Shown here piece by piece: positions 9,052 through 18,836 of a DNA stretch of 64,000 bases. Below the pieces are notes generated by a model. It was not told the origin of the DNA. It did not search any database and was given only the letters and a program-made list of their open reading frames with translations. The stretch is from a virus. Made by a program: the position numbers and the translations under genes. Within the stretch, counting starts at the first letter, position 1. Each line of letters starts with the position of its first letter. Location: positions 72,854-136,853 of IMG/VR virus record IMGVR_UViG_3300047095_000811. One strand, given 5' to 3'.

Positions 9052-10290
9052 TCAGTTTACGTTGGGTCTGCCAATGATCTCCTTGCGATAGTGTTTGATC
9101 GCATAGAGAACCAGCGGTACGACCCGGTAATCATCGACTGACTCCTCAGTGTCGTCGAGATCTTGGAGCAACTCGGAGAAGTTCTCCTTGTTGTAGTAGG
9201 CGTTGAGGTAGCGCACGACAAACGTCTGAAGCTTTCCGAGGTCCGTTGTGTCGTTTGCTTTGATTTTCGATATGAGCTCCGGAGAGAATGGAGAGATGAC
9301 GATGTCCTCGGGTCTCTCGACCGCGCCGCTCTCCAGAGGCGTGGCTAAATAATGGTTCGTCTTCGAGAACCAATCTTGAGAGTACCTGGATGCACCGCAC
9401 CCGACAACTACATACCGCGTCTCGGTGTTTGTAGAGTCGATATCGACTCCACTGGAAGGGGCCTTCTCGGCAAAGGAGTACAGAGACTTCTTGTAGCGAG
9501 AGGGCTTCACCTTCTTCAAGATGTCAAGGTCGAGGTACTTGAACCGTCTGTAGATCTTGAAGCTTTCCTCCAGCTTGTTATGGAGCACGAAGTAGTTCAG
9601 CATGACGTCGATGATCGGACGACCGAGCGGATCCGACTCACTGTCAACGTAGCAGCTGGTCTCCTTCGAGTAGTAGGTGTCGTCGTAACGCTCCAAGAGC
9701 GAGTCGTACACACCCTCCATCGCAAGGTAGAGATCGAAGTCGGTGCGCTTGATGATCGGGTTCGAGGTCTTGCCGATCAAGTTGTAGTCCACCGTGTATT
9801 CTTCGGCCACCTGTTCCTCGACGTCCTCGATGTTGAAGGACGAGAGTTTGAAGGTGATCTTGAAGTACTTCGAGTTGTTGTAATTGTCTTGTTCGACGTC
9901 TGTGACGATGAAGACCTTCCGCTCGTTCTGGTATTCGATCTCGAATACGTCGTCGGAGCTAGGGACGATTGTGTCCGGAAGGATGATCGCGGAGGACGAC
10001 ACGTTGCCCACGACGCCGAAGTCGGTGATCTCGGTGCCGAACGAGGCGTTCTCCACCTTGTAAATCGGCAGGTTGTCGATCTGGTCGAACTCGACTGGAG
10101 AGTCGGCTCCGATCACTTCGTTGATGTTCTCCAGCCCTCTGTCGTACGTGCTCTTGAGATGGTTCTTCGAGAAGTACGTGCAGAACGTCGGAGCGGAGTT
10201 CAGGAAGGTCGAGTAGTCCTTCGTCGCTTGCTCGATGTAGTGCCGGACGTTGGCGTTCGTGACCCTCGTGTTGGGTAGAATTCTTCCCAT
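9052..10290 (-). CDS. putative virion structural protein
   Basis: 412-aa ORF with late promoter motif at 10312-10323. Confidence 0.6.
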   Translation of the reverse strand: MGRILPNTRVTNANVRHYIEQATKDYSTFLNSAPTFCTYFSKNHLKSTYDRGLENINEVIGADSPVEFDQIDNLPIYKVENASFGTEITDFGVVGNVSSSAIILPDTIVPSSDDVFEIEYQNERKVFIVTDVEQDNYNNSKYFKITFKLSSFNIEDVEEQVAEEYTVDYNLIGKTSNPIIKRTDFDLYLAMEGVYDSLLERYDDTYYSKETSCYVDSESDPLGRPIIDVMLNYFVLHNKLEESFKIYRRFKYLDLDILKKVKPSRYKKSLYSFAEKAPSSGVDIDSTNTETRYVVVGCGASRYSQDWFSKTNHYLATPLESGAVERPEDIVISPFSPELISKIKANDTTDLGKLQTFVVRYLNAYYNKENFSELLQDLDDTEESVDDYRVVPLVLYAIKHYRKEIIGRPNVN

Positions 10291-10382
10291 GCAGGATCTC
10301 CTGATGATAGCTATTTTCTTGTTGAACGAACGAAGAAAAAGAAGCTCCCCATAGGCGCACGATGACGCCTATGGGTAAGCCT

Positions 10383-10529
10383 TCAGCCGTTCAGAATGAA
10401 GCGTTGGTCTTCACTCTTCTTCTCTTCATTCTCCTGCAAGAGGCCGTCCGCTTGTTCGTTCAGACCGTTTTTCTTCTCGGTCTGCATCAGGCCCTCGTTG
10501 AAGGGCATCTCCGGAACTTCGTTGCTCAT
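10383..10529 (-). CDS. 48-aa acidic peptide (not in the ORF track)
   Basis: MSNEVPEMPFNEGLMQTEKKNGLNEQADGLLQENEEKKSEDQRFILNG; ATGA overlap with the upstream stop, AAGGA RBS, followed by a hairpin. Confidence 0.6.
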   Translation of the reverse strand: MSNEVPEMPFNEGLMQTEKKNGLNEQADGLLQENEEKKSEDQRFILNG

Positions 10530-11014
10530 GATTTTTCCTTGATGTTCAGTATTTCTTCGCAGCGGTCAGAAAGCTTCCCAATCCTCACCAGCAGCACAGA
10601 TATGTCGTCGTACAGATCGACTCCGTGTCGGTAGAACGACTGGAACTCCTCGTAGATGAACTCGTTGGAGTTGTGGACGATGCTCTTTGCCTGCTGACTC
10701 TTGCTCTTGAAGGAGCTAAGCCATCCAGTGTAAGCTCCGGCCCACTTGTCGACGAAGAGGTTGATCTCGATGATGAGGTCGAGCACCTCTCTGATGACGG
10801 TTGCTTCCTCCTTGGAGAACGCTCTGGACGCGTCTACCCCGTGGAGCGACTTTCTCAGAGCTTCCACGTACGGGAAGCAGTTATTGATAAATTCGAGGAA
10901 GTTGATTGACCCCCTCGGATTCATGCCGCCGAAGCGGGTGGTCGAGTCCAAATAGATCGACCAAAGGAGAGACCTCGTTCGAGACCTCCCCTTCAACCAG
11001 TTCCAAAATTTCAT
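10526..11014 (-). CDS. hypothetical protein
   Basis: 162 aa, translationally coupled within the operon. Confidence 0.7.
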   Translation of the reverse strand: MKFWNWLKGRSRTRSLLWSIYLDSTTRFGGMNPRGSINFLEFINNCFPYVEALRKSLHGVDASRAFSKEEATVIREVLDLIIEINLFVDKWAGAYTGWLSSFKSKSQQAKSIVHNSNEFIYEEFQSFYRHGVDLYDDISVLLVRIGKLSDRCEEILNIKEKS

Positions 11015-11670
11015 TACTCTTCCTCAGTTACCTTTCTGGATGACGATGAACCCTTCCTCCTGCGTCCGGGCAGTGCTGCGGTGAGCATCATCAGGCTGTC
11101 GAAGTCCAGCTTCCGAAGCTTGTATTCGACGGCTCTGATGATTCTCAGCGGCAAGAAGACGAGTTCCTCTTTAGACCCGATGAAGATGTTGACGCCCTGT
11201 TGGACCTCTCCGGTCTTTGGGTCCTCGCTGACGGCAAAGGAGATCATGATCGCCTTGCCTTCTTCATTGGACACCTTCTCTTTGATCGACTTGAACTCTT
11301 CGTTCACGAAGCACTCGTATCCGTGATCGCTGTCTTCGACTTCGCCGAAGACTTCGTTGTCTCGCATCACGATCATGAAGTTCTTGAATGCTTCGCATAG
11401 GTCGACGATGGTCGTGCAAGAGAAAGCTATTTCGCTGCCCTTGACTTGTCTCTTCTTTTCCGGGTCGTAAGACTCGTATCCGAAGATCAAGTAAGAGCTG
11501 TAGTTGTATGTGTCGTACACGTTCCCGTTGTCGGAAGCGAACGAGTATGACGGCCCGAAGTCGGACGAGTCAGACTTGACTACAAACTTGAGCCGCAGGT
11601 TGGAGTACCGGAATAGTGGTACTGTTTTGGAGTGCCATGTCTTGTTTGATGCCATCGTAGTCCTTCCCAT
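11014..11670 (-). CDS. hypothetical protein
   Basis: 218-aa ORF in the helicase operon. Confidence 0.7.
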   Translation of the reverse strand: MGRTTMASNKTWHSKTVPLFRYSNLRLKFVVKSDSSDFGPSYSFASDNGNVYDTYNYSSYLIFGYESYDPEKKRQVKGSEIAFSCTTIVDLCEAFKNFMIVMRDNEVFGEVEDSDHGYECFVNEEFKSIKEKVSNEEGKAIMISFAVSEDPKTGEVQQGVNIFIGSKEELVFLPLRIIRAVEYKLRKLDFDSLMMLTAALPGRRRKGSSSSRKVTEEE

Positions 11671-11872
11671 TATTGCATTTGCCCGTAGCCAGATCCCAAG
11701 TCAGATTGGGAGCCGGGTCGTCTCCGGACACGTTGTAGCGATCGATGAAGCCGGTCAGCGTGTTGCCGACCGGATCATACGAAAGCGGGAAGATCTGCTC
11801 GCCTTCCTCTGTCTGGAAGGCGTACATCTCACGAGGAAGCCGGGGCTTACCGTCGCTATTCGTCATCTTCAT
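11570..11872 (-). CDS. hypothetical protein
   Basis: 100-aa ORF filling the gap after the helicase; overlaps the next gene by up to about 100 nt. Confidence 0.45.
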   Translation of the reverse strand: MKMTNSDGKPRLPREMYAFQTEEGEQIFPLSYDPVGNTLTGFIDRYNVSGDDPAPNLTWDLATGKCNNGKDYDGIKQDMALQNSTTIPVLQPAAQVCSQV

Positions 11873-13376
11873 CTACCTTTCTGGTCGGCTTGCCTACCAC
11901 GAATTTGGTGTACGAAACGGATACCGGGTCCATCACCTTGCGCTCCCGGTACATCATGTTGCGGCACTTCTTGAAGGTGAAGTCCGCTAGCTGGATGAAC
12001 ATGCGCTTCTTGTCACCTTCCTTGCGCAGACGACCTGCGATCTGCAGGAGGTGCGCTTCGGAGGTGATAGGAGTAACGTTGATGATCATCTCAAGACATG
12101 ATATATTTATGATTCCCGAGAAGGACTTGTCCGTCGTTATGATGAGATTCTTGTCGGTTTCTTTCATCCGCTCGTCCATGTCCTTGATGTCGCTGTTGAA
12201 GAAGCCGACTGTCAGGTCAGGGTACTGCTGGATGAGGTACTCGCCGATCGCCCTGCCAGCCTCGTTCGTCTTCACGATGACCGCGATCTTGTTCGTCTCG
12301 GCAGTGCGGTGTTTCAGCGCGTAGTTCACGGTGCGACGCAGCACTTCCTTGCAGAAGAAATCGAAGTATGGTAGGTCGGGGTGGGTGAGCATCTTCAGGT
12401 ACACCAGAGCATCGAAACCGTTCGGCTTGTTGATGCCTTTTTGGTGTTCTTTGGCGGCGTTCGAGTAGTACTGGACCTCCACGAAGTCGAACTTCTCCAC
12501 CTTGTCTTGGCGGTAAACGCACTCGTCTCCGGGCGTCATGTTCTGGAGGATGATCTGCTCGCCATAGATGCGGCGGGAGTCTGTCGCCGTCAGATACAGC
12601 GTCTTGTAGGACACGACGTGCATCTCAAGGTTGAAGATCGTTTGGAGCTTCAGATGCATCTCGTCGATGATCTTGACCGAGATCTTGAGCTCCTCGAAGA
12701 GCTTGGTCACCAGCTCCGCATCCCCGTTCTTGAAGATGCTGCTCAGGGTCGGAGCAGAGCAGATCATGAGCTTGTACTGGCTCTTGTTCTCGATGATCTT
12801 CTTGATCGAAGCCGACCCCTTGACGATGGCAACCTCGCTGGCGATGTCGATGTCTGAGAACTTGTCGAACTCCTCCAGCCAAGTAGTGATGGCTCTGTCG
12901 TCGGGACAGATGATGCCTGCCATCTGCTTCGAAGCGCAGATGTACGAGATGGTGACGAAAGTTTTTCCTTCGCCAGTGTCAACAAACATCGCTCTTCTGG
13001 GTTTGTCCTTGATGTCGGAGAAGTCGTTCTTTCCGTGAAGGAAATCCGAGAGGGTCAGCTGCAACTCGGATCTGGCGGAGACTCCCGGCTTGAGCGCGAT
13101 GTTGCACTTACCCCTAGGGATAAAGTACTCTGGTTCCTTGATGATTTCTTTCTCGTCTTCCTCAAGGTACTTCATCAGGTACTTGGGAGGGAAGTTGCGG
13201 GGAATCGCGTAGTACGACTCTCCATTGTAGTTTACCTGTGCGAGGGCGGTCCAAAGCTCCTCGTACCCGAACGTGATCTTCTTTGCGAAGACCGTGTTCT
13301 TTTTTACGAATTCGTCGAAGCTGTCTTCCTTGAACCCACGCACGAGAATCCTGTTACGGTGCAGCACTATCGCCAT
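11856..13376 (-). CDS. superfamily 2 (DExH, UvsW-like) helicase
   Basis: Motif I DTGEGKT, II IIDEMH, III LTAT, VI QIAGRLR; RBS GAGGAG before ATG 13376. Confidence 0.88.
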   Translation of the reverse strand: MAIVLHRNRILVRGFKEDSFDEFVKKNTVFAKKITFGYEELWTALAQVNYNGESYYAIPRNFPPKYLMKYLEEDEKEIIKEPEYFIPRGKCNIALKPGVSARSELQLTLSDFLHGKNDFSDIKDKPRRAMFVDTGEGKTFVTISYICASKQMAGIICPDDRAITTWLEEFDKFSDIDIASEVAIVKGSASIKKIIENKSQYKLMICSAPTLSSIFKNGDAELVTKLFEELKISVKIIDEMHLKLQTIFNLEMHVVSYKTLYLTATDSRRIYGEQIILQNMTPGDECVYRQDKVEKFDFVEVQYYSNAAKEHQKGINKPNGFDALVYLKMLTHPDLPYFDFFCKEVLRRTVNYALKHRTAETNKIAVIVKTNEAGRAIGEYLIQQYPDLTVGFFNSDIKDMDERMKETDKNLIITTDKSFSGIINISCLEMIINVTPITSEAHLLQIAGRLRKEGDKKRMFIQLADFTFKKCRNMMYRERKVMDPVSVSYTKFVVGKPTRKVDEDDE

Positions 13377-13435
13377 GATAGATACTCCTCTCGATGTGTT
13401 CACACTAAATTATTATTCGAGAGATGGCGATTTTG

Positions 13436-13475
13436 CAAAAAAGAACCCATGCCGCCTTGCGGGCAGCATGGGTTT
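13436..13475 (-). terminator. intrinsic terminator
   Basis: ACCCATGC...GCATGGGT stem with a T-run on the minus strand, after the deaminase. Confidence 0.65.
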
Positions 13476-13491
13476 AATGGGTTTTTCGCAA

Positions 13492-14049
13492 CTACTCTGT
13501 CATGCTGTCGAAGTGGTCTTCAAGATCCTCTTGGTCGATGATTTTCTGATCAGCTTCTTCGGAGACTCCGACTACCTGGATCAGGTCGATCCCGTGGTCG
13601 AGAAGCATGTCGTGGGACATACCGTTCTTAAACTCTTCGATGTAGTAGATGCGCTTCACCTTCGCCCTGATGAGCCTTGCGGCGCATCGGGTGCAGGGCG
13701 AATGGGTGATGTAGAGGGTGGCTCCCTCCAGCGACCTTCCGATCTCTGCGGCTCTCTGAAGCACTTCGTCTTCTGCGTGGAGCGTGGAGTCTTTGGTCTT
13801 CCCGTTGAGGTCAACCGTGTAGGGGTCTCTGGAGTCCACGTTGTGGTTGAAGCCATACCCGAGAACGTTACCGTTCCGGTCCACTGCCACGGCTCCGACT
13901 TGCTTGTCAGGAGCCGGAGAGCGGGACGCGATCTGCATCGCAACGTTCAGCCACACGCGCAGTGCGCTCGAAGGCTTTCTGTACCGGACGATCGGAGGGG
14001 CTTCCTGCAGATCTTCGTTTTCTTCAATTACGTGGTAGTCGTTTTCCAC
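13492..14049 (-). CDS. dCMP deaminase
   Basis: Zinc motifs HAE and SPCTRC, plus QVGAV and GFN. Confidence 0.88.
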   Translation of the reverse strand: MENDYHVIEENEDLQEAPPIVRYRKPSSALRVWLNVAMQIASRSPAPDKQVGAVAVDRNGNVLGYGFNHNVDSRDPYTVDLNGKTKDSTLHAEDEVLQRAAEIGRSLEGATLYITHSPCTRCAARLIRAKVKRIYYIEEFKNGMSHDMLLDHGIDLIQVVGVSEEADQKIIDQEDLEDHFDSMTE

Positions 14050-14072
14050 TGTGGCTCCTCTTCTCTTGGCCG

Positions 14073-15980
14073 TCAGTACAGGCCGTCGATGATGCTTTCT
14101 TCATCCTTGCTGAACATGTTGTTCTCCACAACGTAGTTCAGACGCTCGAAGGCGAGGGTGATCGCCGCCGATGGATGATTGACGAGCGCGTTGGTGAGTT
14201 TGAGGAACTTCAACTTCTCGGGGTTGTCAAAGTTCTTCGGGCGGTGTTGAATGTCGTCCACATCCCTGAGCAACTCGCGGAGGATCAGCTCGATGGTGAG
14301 GCTGCTGGCGCGGATGTTCGAACGTTCGAGAAGGCCGAGGAACTCAGGAAGGATGAGGTGATAATTGCCGGGGTCGGAAATCTTCACCTTCTTCTTGGGC
14401 TCCTCTTCAATCACTTCTTCGATGTTGAGACGGGCCTCGCTCTCCAGAAGGTGGATGATGTTCTTCAGGGGGGTGGAGAGCTCGCTGTTCTCGACGTTGA
14501 TCCGGAAGAGGTTCTCCTGACCGTCGTTCGAAACTTCGATGATGTTGTCTGCCTTGTACTTGGAAACCATGTCGGGGTTCTCAAGCACCACCAGCTCTTC
14601 TCCGTCGGCGAACTCGAACTCGACCTGACGGTCTCCGTCGAGCACCACCATGCGCTTGATGACCGTCTCCTCCTCATCGTTGACGATGATCTCGGTTACG
14701 TTCACCTTGAAGTGCTTCTTGCCGATCAGGTTGGAGCCGTCGATCTCGAAGTACTCGTACATCTTCTGAGGGAGCTTCACCTTCTCCGGGTTGATCTGGA
14801 GCAGGTGCTTCGAGGACAGCAGCATCTGGGTCAGCTGCTCGGTGAGGCTGAGCACGCTGCTGATGCCGATATGGAACGGGTTCACCTTCACCAGATCGCC
14901 GTAGCAGGTGTGGCATATGCCGTCTTCGGCGCAGCAGGTGATCGGAGTGCGGAGCCGGATCTTCTTGCCGACCATACTCTGGTCCCGACCGTCGATCTTG
15001 ACCAGCTTGCCCTTGACAGAGCGGTAGCGACCGTTGAGCCGCTTGAGCGCCGACTTGGACTCGATGACCATTTCGAGGTAGTTGTCGGACCCGCAGTCCT
15101 TGGTCTCAGACAGCTTCTGATTCAGCACCAGGAGCAGGAGCTTCCGCGACATGTAACCAGCGCGGCGCACTTGCAGCGAGTTGGTGATCAGCGCCTTGCG
15201 GGCACCCATCGCCGAGACGAAGTAGTCCATCTCGTTGCGGAACCCGTAGAAGAGGTTCGTGTCCACGCAGTGCGGGAAGATCGCAGATGAGGTCACCTCG
15301 GGCTTGTAGCCGACGTTGCAGAACACCTGCTGGAACTGTCCGATTGACACAGCCGACAGGAGGTTCTTGTAACAGTTGTACTCGTCATCCTTGATGATAG
15401 CTTCGAGCAGCTGGCGGTTTGCGTTCTTGACCTTCTCGTTGCCTTCGAAGTAGTCGACCTTGGAGCCGGTCTCCTCCCGCACCTTGGTCTTCAGCAGAGC
15501 TGCTACTTCCGGATTTCGCTGCATCATCTGCAGCATGTCGTAGATGTTGATGCTGTTGCCAGCGGACTGGTTGACCTCGAATGCCATGTCTGCCAGCTCT
15601 TCGAGGCAGCGGGCGATGATCGCCTTGAGACCAGTGAGGTCAGCGTCCTCGTCGGTCGCCATGCGGATGGTGTCCGTGAAGTACGAGGACACCATCTTCG
15701 CCGCATTGTCTTCTGCGGAACACAGAAGAAGATCGCCCTCGTCGAGATCCCGTTCCAGCACGTAGCGGGCCTTGATCGCGACGAGGGCGAGGACCAAGGC
15801 ACCGAACCGCTGGCTCAGTACCTTGCCCATGAACTTGAACTTCGTTTCCCGACGACGAATCGAGAAGTCGGCCTTCAGGAGAGCGATACACTCGTCCGTG
15901 AAGTTAATCGTCGCTTCCAGATCTTTCTGCTCGACGAAGTTCAGATTTAGAACTTTTTCCTTTTCGTTTTTTGCCACCAT
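14073..15980 (-). CDS. phage RNA polymerase beta-prime middle subunit (probably non-virion RNAP)
   Basis: Bridge helix ARKALI...AGYMSRKL, DCGS, Zn site RTPITC...ICHTCYG, trigger loop EQLTQMLLSSKH; in an operon with replication genes. Confidence 0.88.
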   Translation of the reverse strand: MVAKNEKEKVLNLNFVEQKDLEATINFTDECIALLKADFSIRRRETKFKFMGKVLSQRFGALVLALVAIKARYVLERDLDEGDLLLCSAEDNAAKMVSSYFTDTIRMATDEDADLTGLKAIIARCLEELADMAFEVNQSAGNSINIYDMLQMMQRNPEVAALLKTKVREETGSKVDYFEGNEKVKNANRQLLEAIIKDDEYNCYKNLLSAVSIGQFQQVFCNVGYKPEVTSSAIFPHCVDTNLFYGFRNEMDYFVSAMGARKALITNSLQVRRAGYMSRKLLLLVLNQKLSETKDCGSDNYLEMVIESKSALKRLNGRYRSVKGKLVKIDGRDQSMVGKKIRLRTPITCCAEDGICHTCYGDLVKVNPFHIGISSVLSLTEQLTQMLLSSKHLLQINPEKVKLPQKMYEYFEIDGSNLIGKKHFKVNVTEIIVNDEEETVIKRMVVLDGDRQVEFEFADGEELVVLENPDMVSKYKADNIIEVSNDGQENLFRINVENSELSTPLKNIIHLLESEARLNIEEVIEEEPKKKVKISDPGNYHLILPEFLGLLERSNIRASSLTIELILRELLRDVDDIQHRPKNFDNPEKLKFLKLTNALVNHPSAAITLAFERLNYVVENNMFSKDEESIIDGLY

Positions 15981-16107
15981 TTTTCCCCTTCTCGAACGAC
16001 AAATTGAACTTGAAACTGTGATGCTTGAGACTCAGGTTTAGTCTCTTGTCCGCCGCGTCGCCGAAGAGCGCGTTGGTAACGCCTGTGATTACTTCGCCTA
16101 TGATCAT
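15904..16107 (-). CDS. small basic protein with FKFNLSFEKG motif
   Basis: 67 aa; shares the motif with ORF 23052-23258; overlaps the RNAP start. Confidence 0.45.
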   Translation of the reverse strand: MIIGEVITGVTNALFGDAADKRLNLSLKHHSFKFNLSFEKGKNGGKKRKGKSSKSELRRAERSGSDD

Positions 16108-16249
16108 TCCTAGCCTCTCTTTGGGAGGTTAGGAAGCGCCGGAGAGTCCTGCAGCGGAGGCGTCACCAGCTCTGAACTGGATCTAGTCCCGCCCGGATTT
16201 TGCACCTCCTGTACGCACTACCTTCATTCCTCAATAAAAATGATGGAAA

Positions 16250-16282
16250 CATCCGCTACACCCTCGTGAGGTGTAGCGGATG
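16250..16282 (-). terminator. terminator hairpin
   Basis: CATCCGCTACACC...GGTGTAGCGGATG just after the stop of 16299-17345. Confidence 0.7.
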
Positions 16283-16298
16283 AACGCATCAGAAGATG

Positions 16299-17345
16299 TT
16301 ACTTCTTCTTCTTGGCCGGAGTGAAGGTCTCATTGCCTTCGTCGTCGGTGCCCCACTTGCCGTTGACGAAGTTGCCCTTGGCGTCGAACTGACCTTCGAC
16401 GAACTCGCCGTCATCGGTAGTCGTGCCCTTGGTCATGGTCTTGCCGTAGTACAGGTTCAGGCTGACCTTGGTGTGCGGGCTGACGAGGGTGTGGTACGGA
16501 GTAGCGACTTGCGCCAGCTCGGTGTTCGGGGCGTACACGCGAGCTTCCATTTCGCGGCGCTTGAACTTCGCCACGAACTTCACATCGTACTCGGCCAGAG
16601 TCTCTTCGAGGAAGGTCTCGAAAGCCTTGACGACTTGGATGGTGACGCTCTTGGTCGGAGGAGCGATGCCCAGCTCGACCAGCTTGTCGTGGAAGCGGCT
16701 GAACAGTTCGTCCTGCGGCATCCAGGAACCCGGCTTCAATTCCTTGCGCTCTTTCTCCTTCTTGGCGCCCCAAGCGGAGTTCTTGCCGGTCTTGGTCTGC
16801 TTGCCGGTCGGGACTTCGTCGTCGCCTTCGTCGTCAGCGGCGGGCTTCGCAGCCTTCTTGGCGGGAGCAGCGGCCTTGACCGGGGCCTTGGCGGCAGCCT
16901 TCACGGGAGCCTTGGCAGGGGCCTTCTTCGGAGCCGGAGCTTCTTCTTCGGCTTCTTCCTCTTCGCCGTCTTCTTCCGAGGATTCTTCTTCCTCTTCTTC
17001 TTCCGGCTCAGGGGCCTTCGGAGCGGCCTTCTTGGCAGGGGCCTTGGCGGCGGGCTTCACGACCTTCTTCGGAGCCGGAGCTTCTTCTTCGGCTTCTTCC
17101 TCTTCGCCGTCCTCGTCGCCTTCTTCCTCTTCTTCTTCCGGCTCAACGGCCTTCGGAGCGGCCTTCTTGGCCAGGACTTTCTTCACCGGCTTGGCCGGAG
17201 CTTCTTCTTCCTCGCCTTCGCCTTCACCGCCCTCGACTTGGGAGTCTTCCTCTTCGTCGTCGGCGGGCTTGCTCACCTTCTTGGAGGCGGTAGCGGGGGA
17301 AGCGCCGTTCTTCTTCTTGGCCAGCAGGTCTTTGATCGATGCCAT
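16299..17345 (-). CDS. protein with long E/K/A/P-rich disordered N-terminus and divergent HU-like C-terminal domain
   Basis: Alternating poly-Glu and KKAPAK blocks; C-terminal TKSVTIQVVKAFETFLEETLAE-DVKFVAKFKRREMEARVYAPN...VSPHTKVSL follows the HU helix-helix-beta-arm pattern. Confidence 0.65.
   Translation of the reverse strand: MASIKDLLAKKKNGASPATASKKVSKPADDEEEDSQVEGGEGEGEEEEAPAKPVKKVLAKKAAPKAVEPEEEEEEGDEDGEEEEAEEEAPAPKKVVKPAAKAPAKKAAPKAPEPEEEEEEESSEEDGEEEEAEEEAPAPKKAPAKAPVKAAAKAPVKAAAPAKKAAKPAADDEGDDEVPTGKQTKTGKNSAWGAKKEKERKELKPGSWMPQDELFSRFHDKLVELGIAPPTKSVTIQVVKAFETFLEETLAEYDVKFVAKFKRREMEARVYAPNTELAQVATPYHTLVSPHTKVSLNLYYGKTMTKGTTTDDGEFVEGQFDAKGNFVNGKWGTDDEGNETFTPAKKKK
16922..17111. repeat. 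intragenic 49-bp exact direct repeat, 141-bp period
   Basis: ccttcttcggagccggagcttcttcttcggcttcttcctcttcgccgtc at 16922-16970 and 17063-17111. Confidence 0.85.
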
Positions 17346-17610
17346 TTTTCAGTCCTTTCTAGTGACTTGGTACACAGGTAAATTTCCAATCGATTGGAGG
17401 CTCTTGTCAGGCTGACCCTTTTGAGTTAGTATCAGCCTGGAACCACGTAGATTATATCTACGCGATTTCAGGTTTGACGTTTACCGCAGGGTAGTCTAGC
17501 CAGATGTTGGATACGCTGAAACCACATGAATGCACCTTTCTCAATTAGTTACATCCAGAATCGGGTTCCAGCGCTTTCTTTCAAATACGTTCTAAGACGT
17601 TTTTGGTTCT

Positions 17611-18552
17611 CTATGCCAGCTTGATGAGCAGGTCAATGATGGCCCGCGTCATAGCGATGGAACGGTGATTCCACTTGAGTCTCTCCGAGATCGACACGTC
17701 GCTTAGGGAGCAGAACTGCTCCTCGTCTTTAGACTTGCCGTTGACGAAGAAGATCGAATTATAGCCGAAATCTCGATGCAGCGCACGGAGACTTTCGCGG
17801 TCGTTGAGGGAAAAGCCATTCGGAACAACGACCTCTCCAAAGAGGGTTCCGATGCCTGACGCCGCGATCTTGCCGGACGGCTCGGCGATGGTCGCCACAG
17901 TCTGGAAGTACGCCGGAACCTCACCGTGCTTCCCGACCACGCTCATGACGCGAGTCAGCAGCATGACCTTGTTCAGGAAGTCCTTCGCGTCCTTGGTTTT
18001 CACCGACTCGGGCTTCCCTTCTTCCGAAAGGATCTCGTGGTAGATGATACCGGCATCCACGAAGCTCTCGGGGTTGTAACGACCGATGTTTCGGTCGAAG
18101 TACCGAGCGGAGTAGACACCCGGCTCGTCTCCAAGCAGCGGAACACAGATACCGGAGTCCTCTGCCATGACGTAGGACGACAAGTGTGCTGCGGTCTGGG
18201 TGCTCTTCAGGACGGAGTTCGCGTAGAGGGTGCTCCCCGTCTCGTCCACTTCCGGTAGCGGAACCTTCGGCACGTCGAACTCCAGCAGCCCGTCCAGCAG
18301 CTCCTTCAGATGACCGCTGTTCTCGATGAATCCCTTGAATTCGAGCACCTTCCCGTAGTTGCCGGTGGCGAACCAGATTCGAGGATCGCGCTTCAGGGTG
18401 ATTGGCAGGTAGTCGAGGATGCGTCCCTTGATCGGCAGCAGGTATGCCATCACGCTCTCGATCTCACTCCGGAAGGAGCTGTAGTTTTCTTGCTGGCGCA
18501 GAACCGTCGTGCGGTGCCCGTCCAGATCGATGAGGTCAATCACTTCTTCCAT
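17611..18552 (-). CDS. rdgB: non-canonical purine NTP pyrophosphatase (RdgB/HAM1/ITPase)
   Basis: FATGNYGK, ETGSTLYANSVLK, AEDSG...PGVYSARY, FGYNSIF and NHR motifs; start MEEVID at 18552. Confidence 0.88.
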   Translation of the reverse strand: MEEVIDLIDLDGHRTTVLRQQENYSSFRSEIESVMAYLLPIKGRILDYLPITLKRDPRIWFATGNYGKVLEFKGFIENSGHLKELLDGLLEFDVPKVPLPEVDETGSTLYANSVLKSTQTAAHLSSYVMAEDSGICVPLLGDEPGVYSARYFDRNIGRYNPESFVDAGIIYHEILSEEGKPESVKTKDAKDFLNKVMLLTRVMSVVGKHGEVPAYFQTVATIAEPSGKIAASGIGTLFGEVVVPNGFSLNDRESLRALHRDFGYNSIFFVNGKSKDEEQFCSLSDVSISERLKWNHRSIAMTRAIIDLLIKLA

Positions 18553-18836
18553 GCTTCTTCCTTTTGCTTCATTTGCCGTAGTGGCTAAATCGTACCATCG
18601 ATACGTTCCTTTCAGTTTTCCTCTCAGTCGCAGTTGTATTCGGGAATATCTCTTTAGCACATCCCGAGGGGGACTTTAGGGGGTGATAGAGTACGAGATC
18701 ATCTTTAAATAAATAATGATACCGTAACCCAGATCATCCTCTAGGAGCACTGATATGATATATGAGTAATAGTGGATTTGCTTTGTAACTACTCATTAAT
18801 CATGAAACACTTTCATTTTTCTAGGGGATAACCACC

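Noticed and set aside
16125-16209. Possible tRNA (closing stem and a 7-nt loop TTCAGAG on the minus strand)
   Set aside because: No GTTCRA T-loop, no recognisable D-loop and no CCA end; kept only as an unexplained structured element.
16183-16227. 14-codon mini-ORF MKVVRTGGAKSGRD as a leader peptide
   Set aside because: The RBS-like GAGGA abuts the ATG with no spacing, and no attenuator logic or diagnostic codon run is evident.
16850-17230. Repetitive DNA resembling an array
   Set aside because: In-frame low-complexity coding repeats, not CRISPR; no unique spacers and no cas genes.
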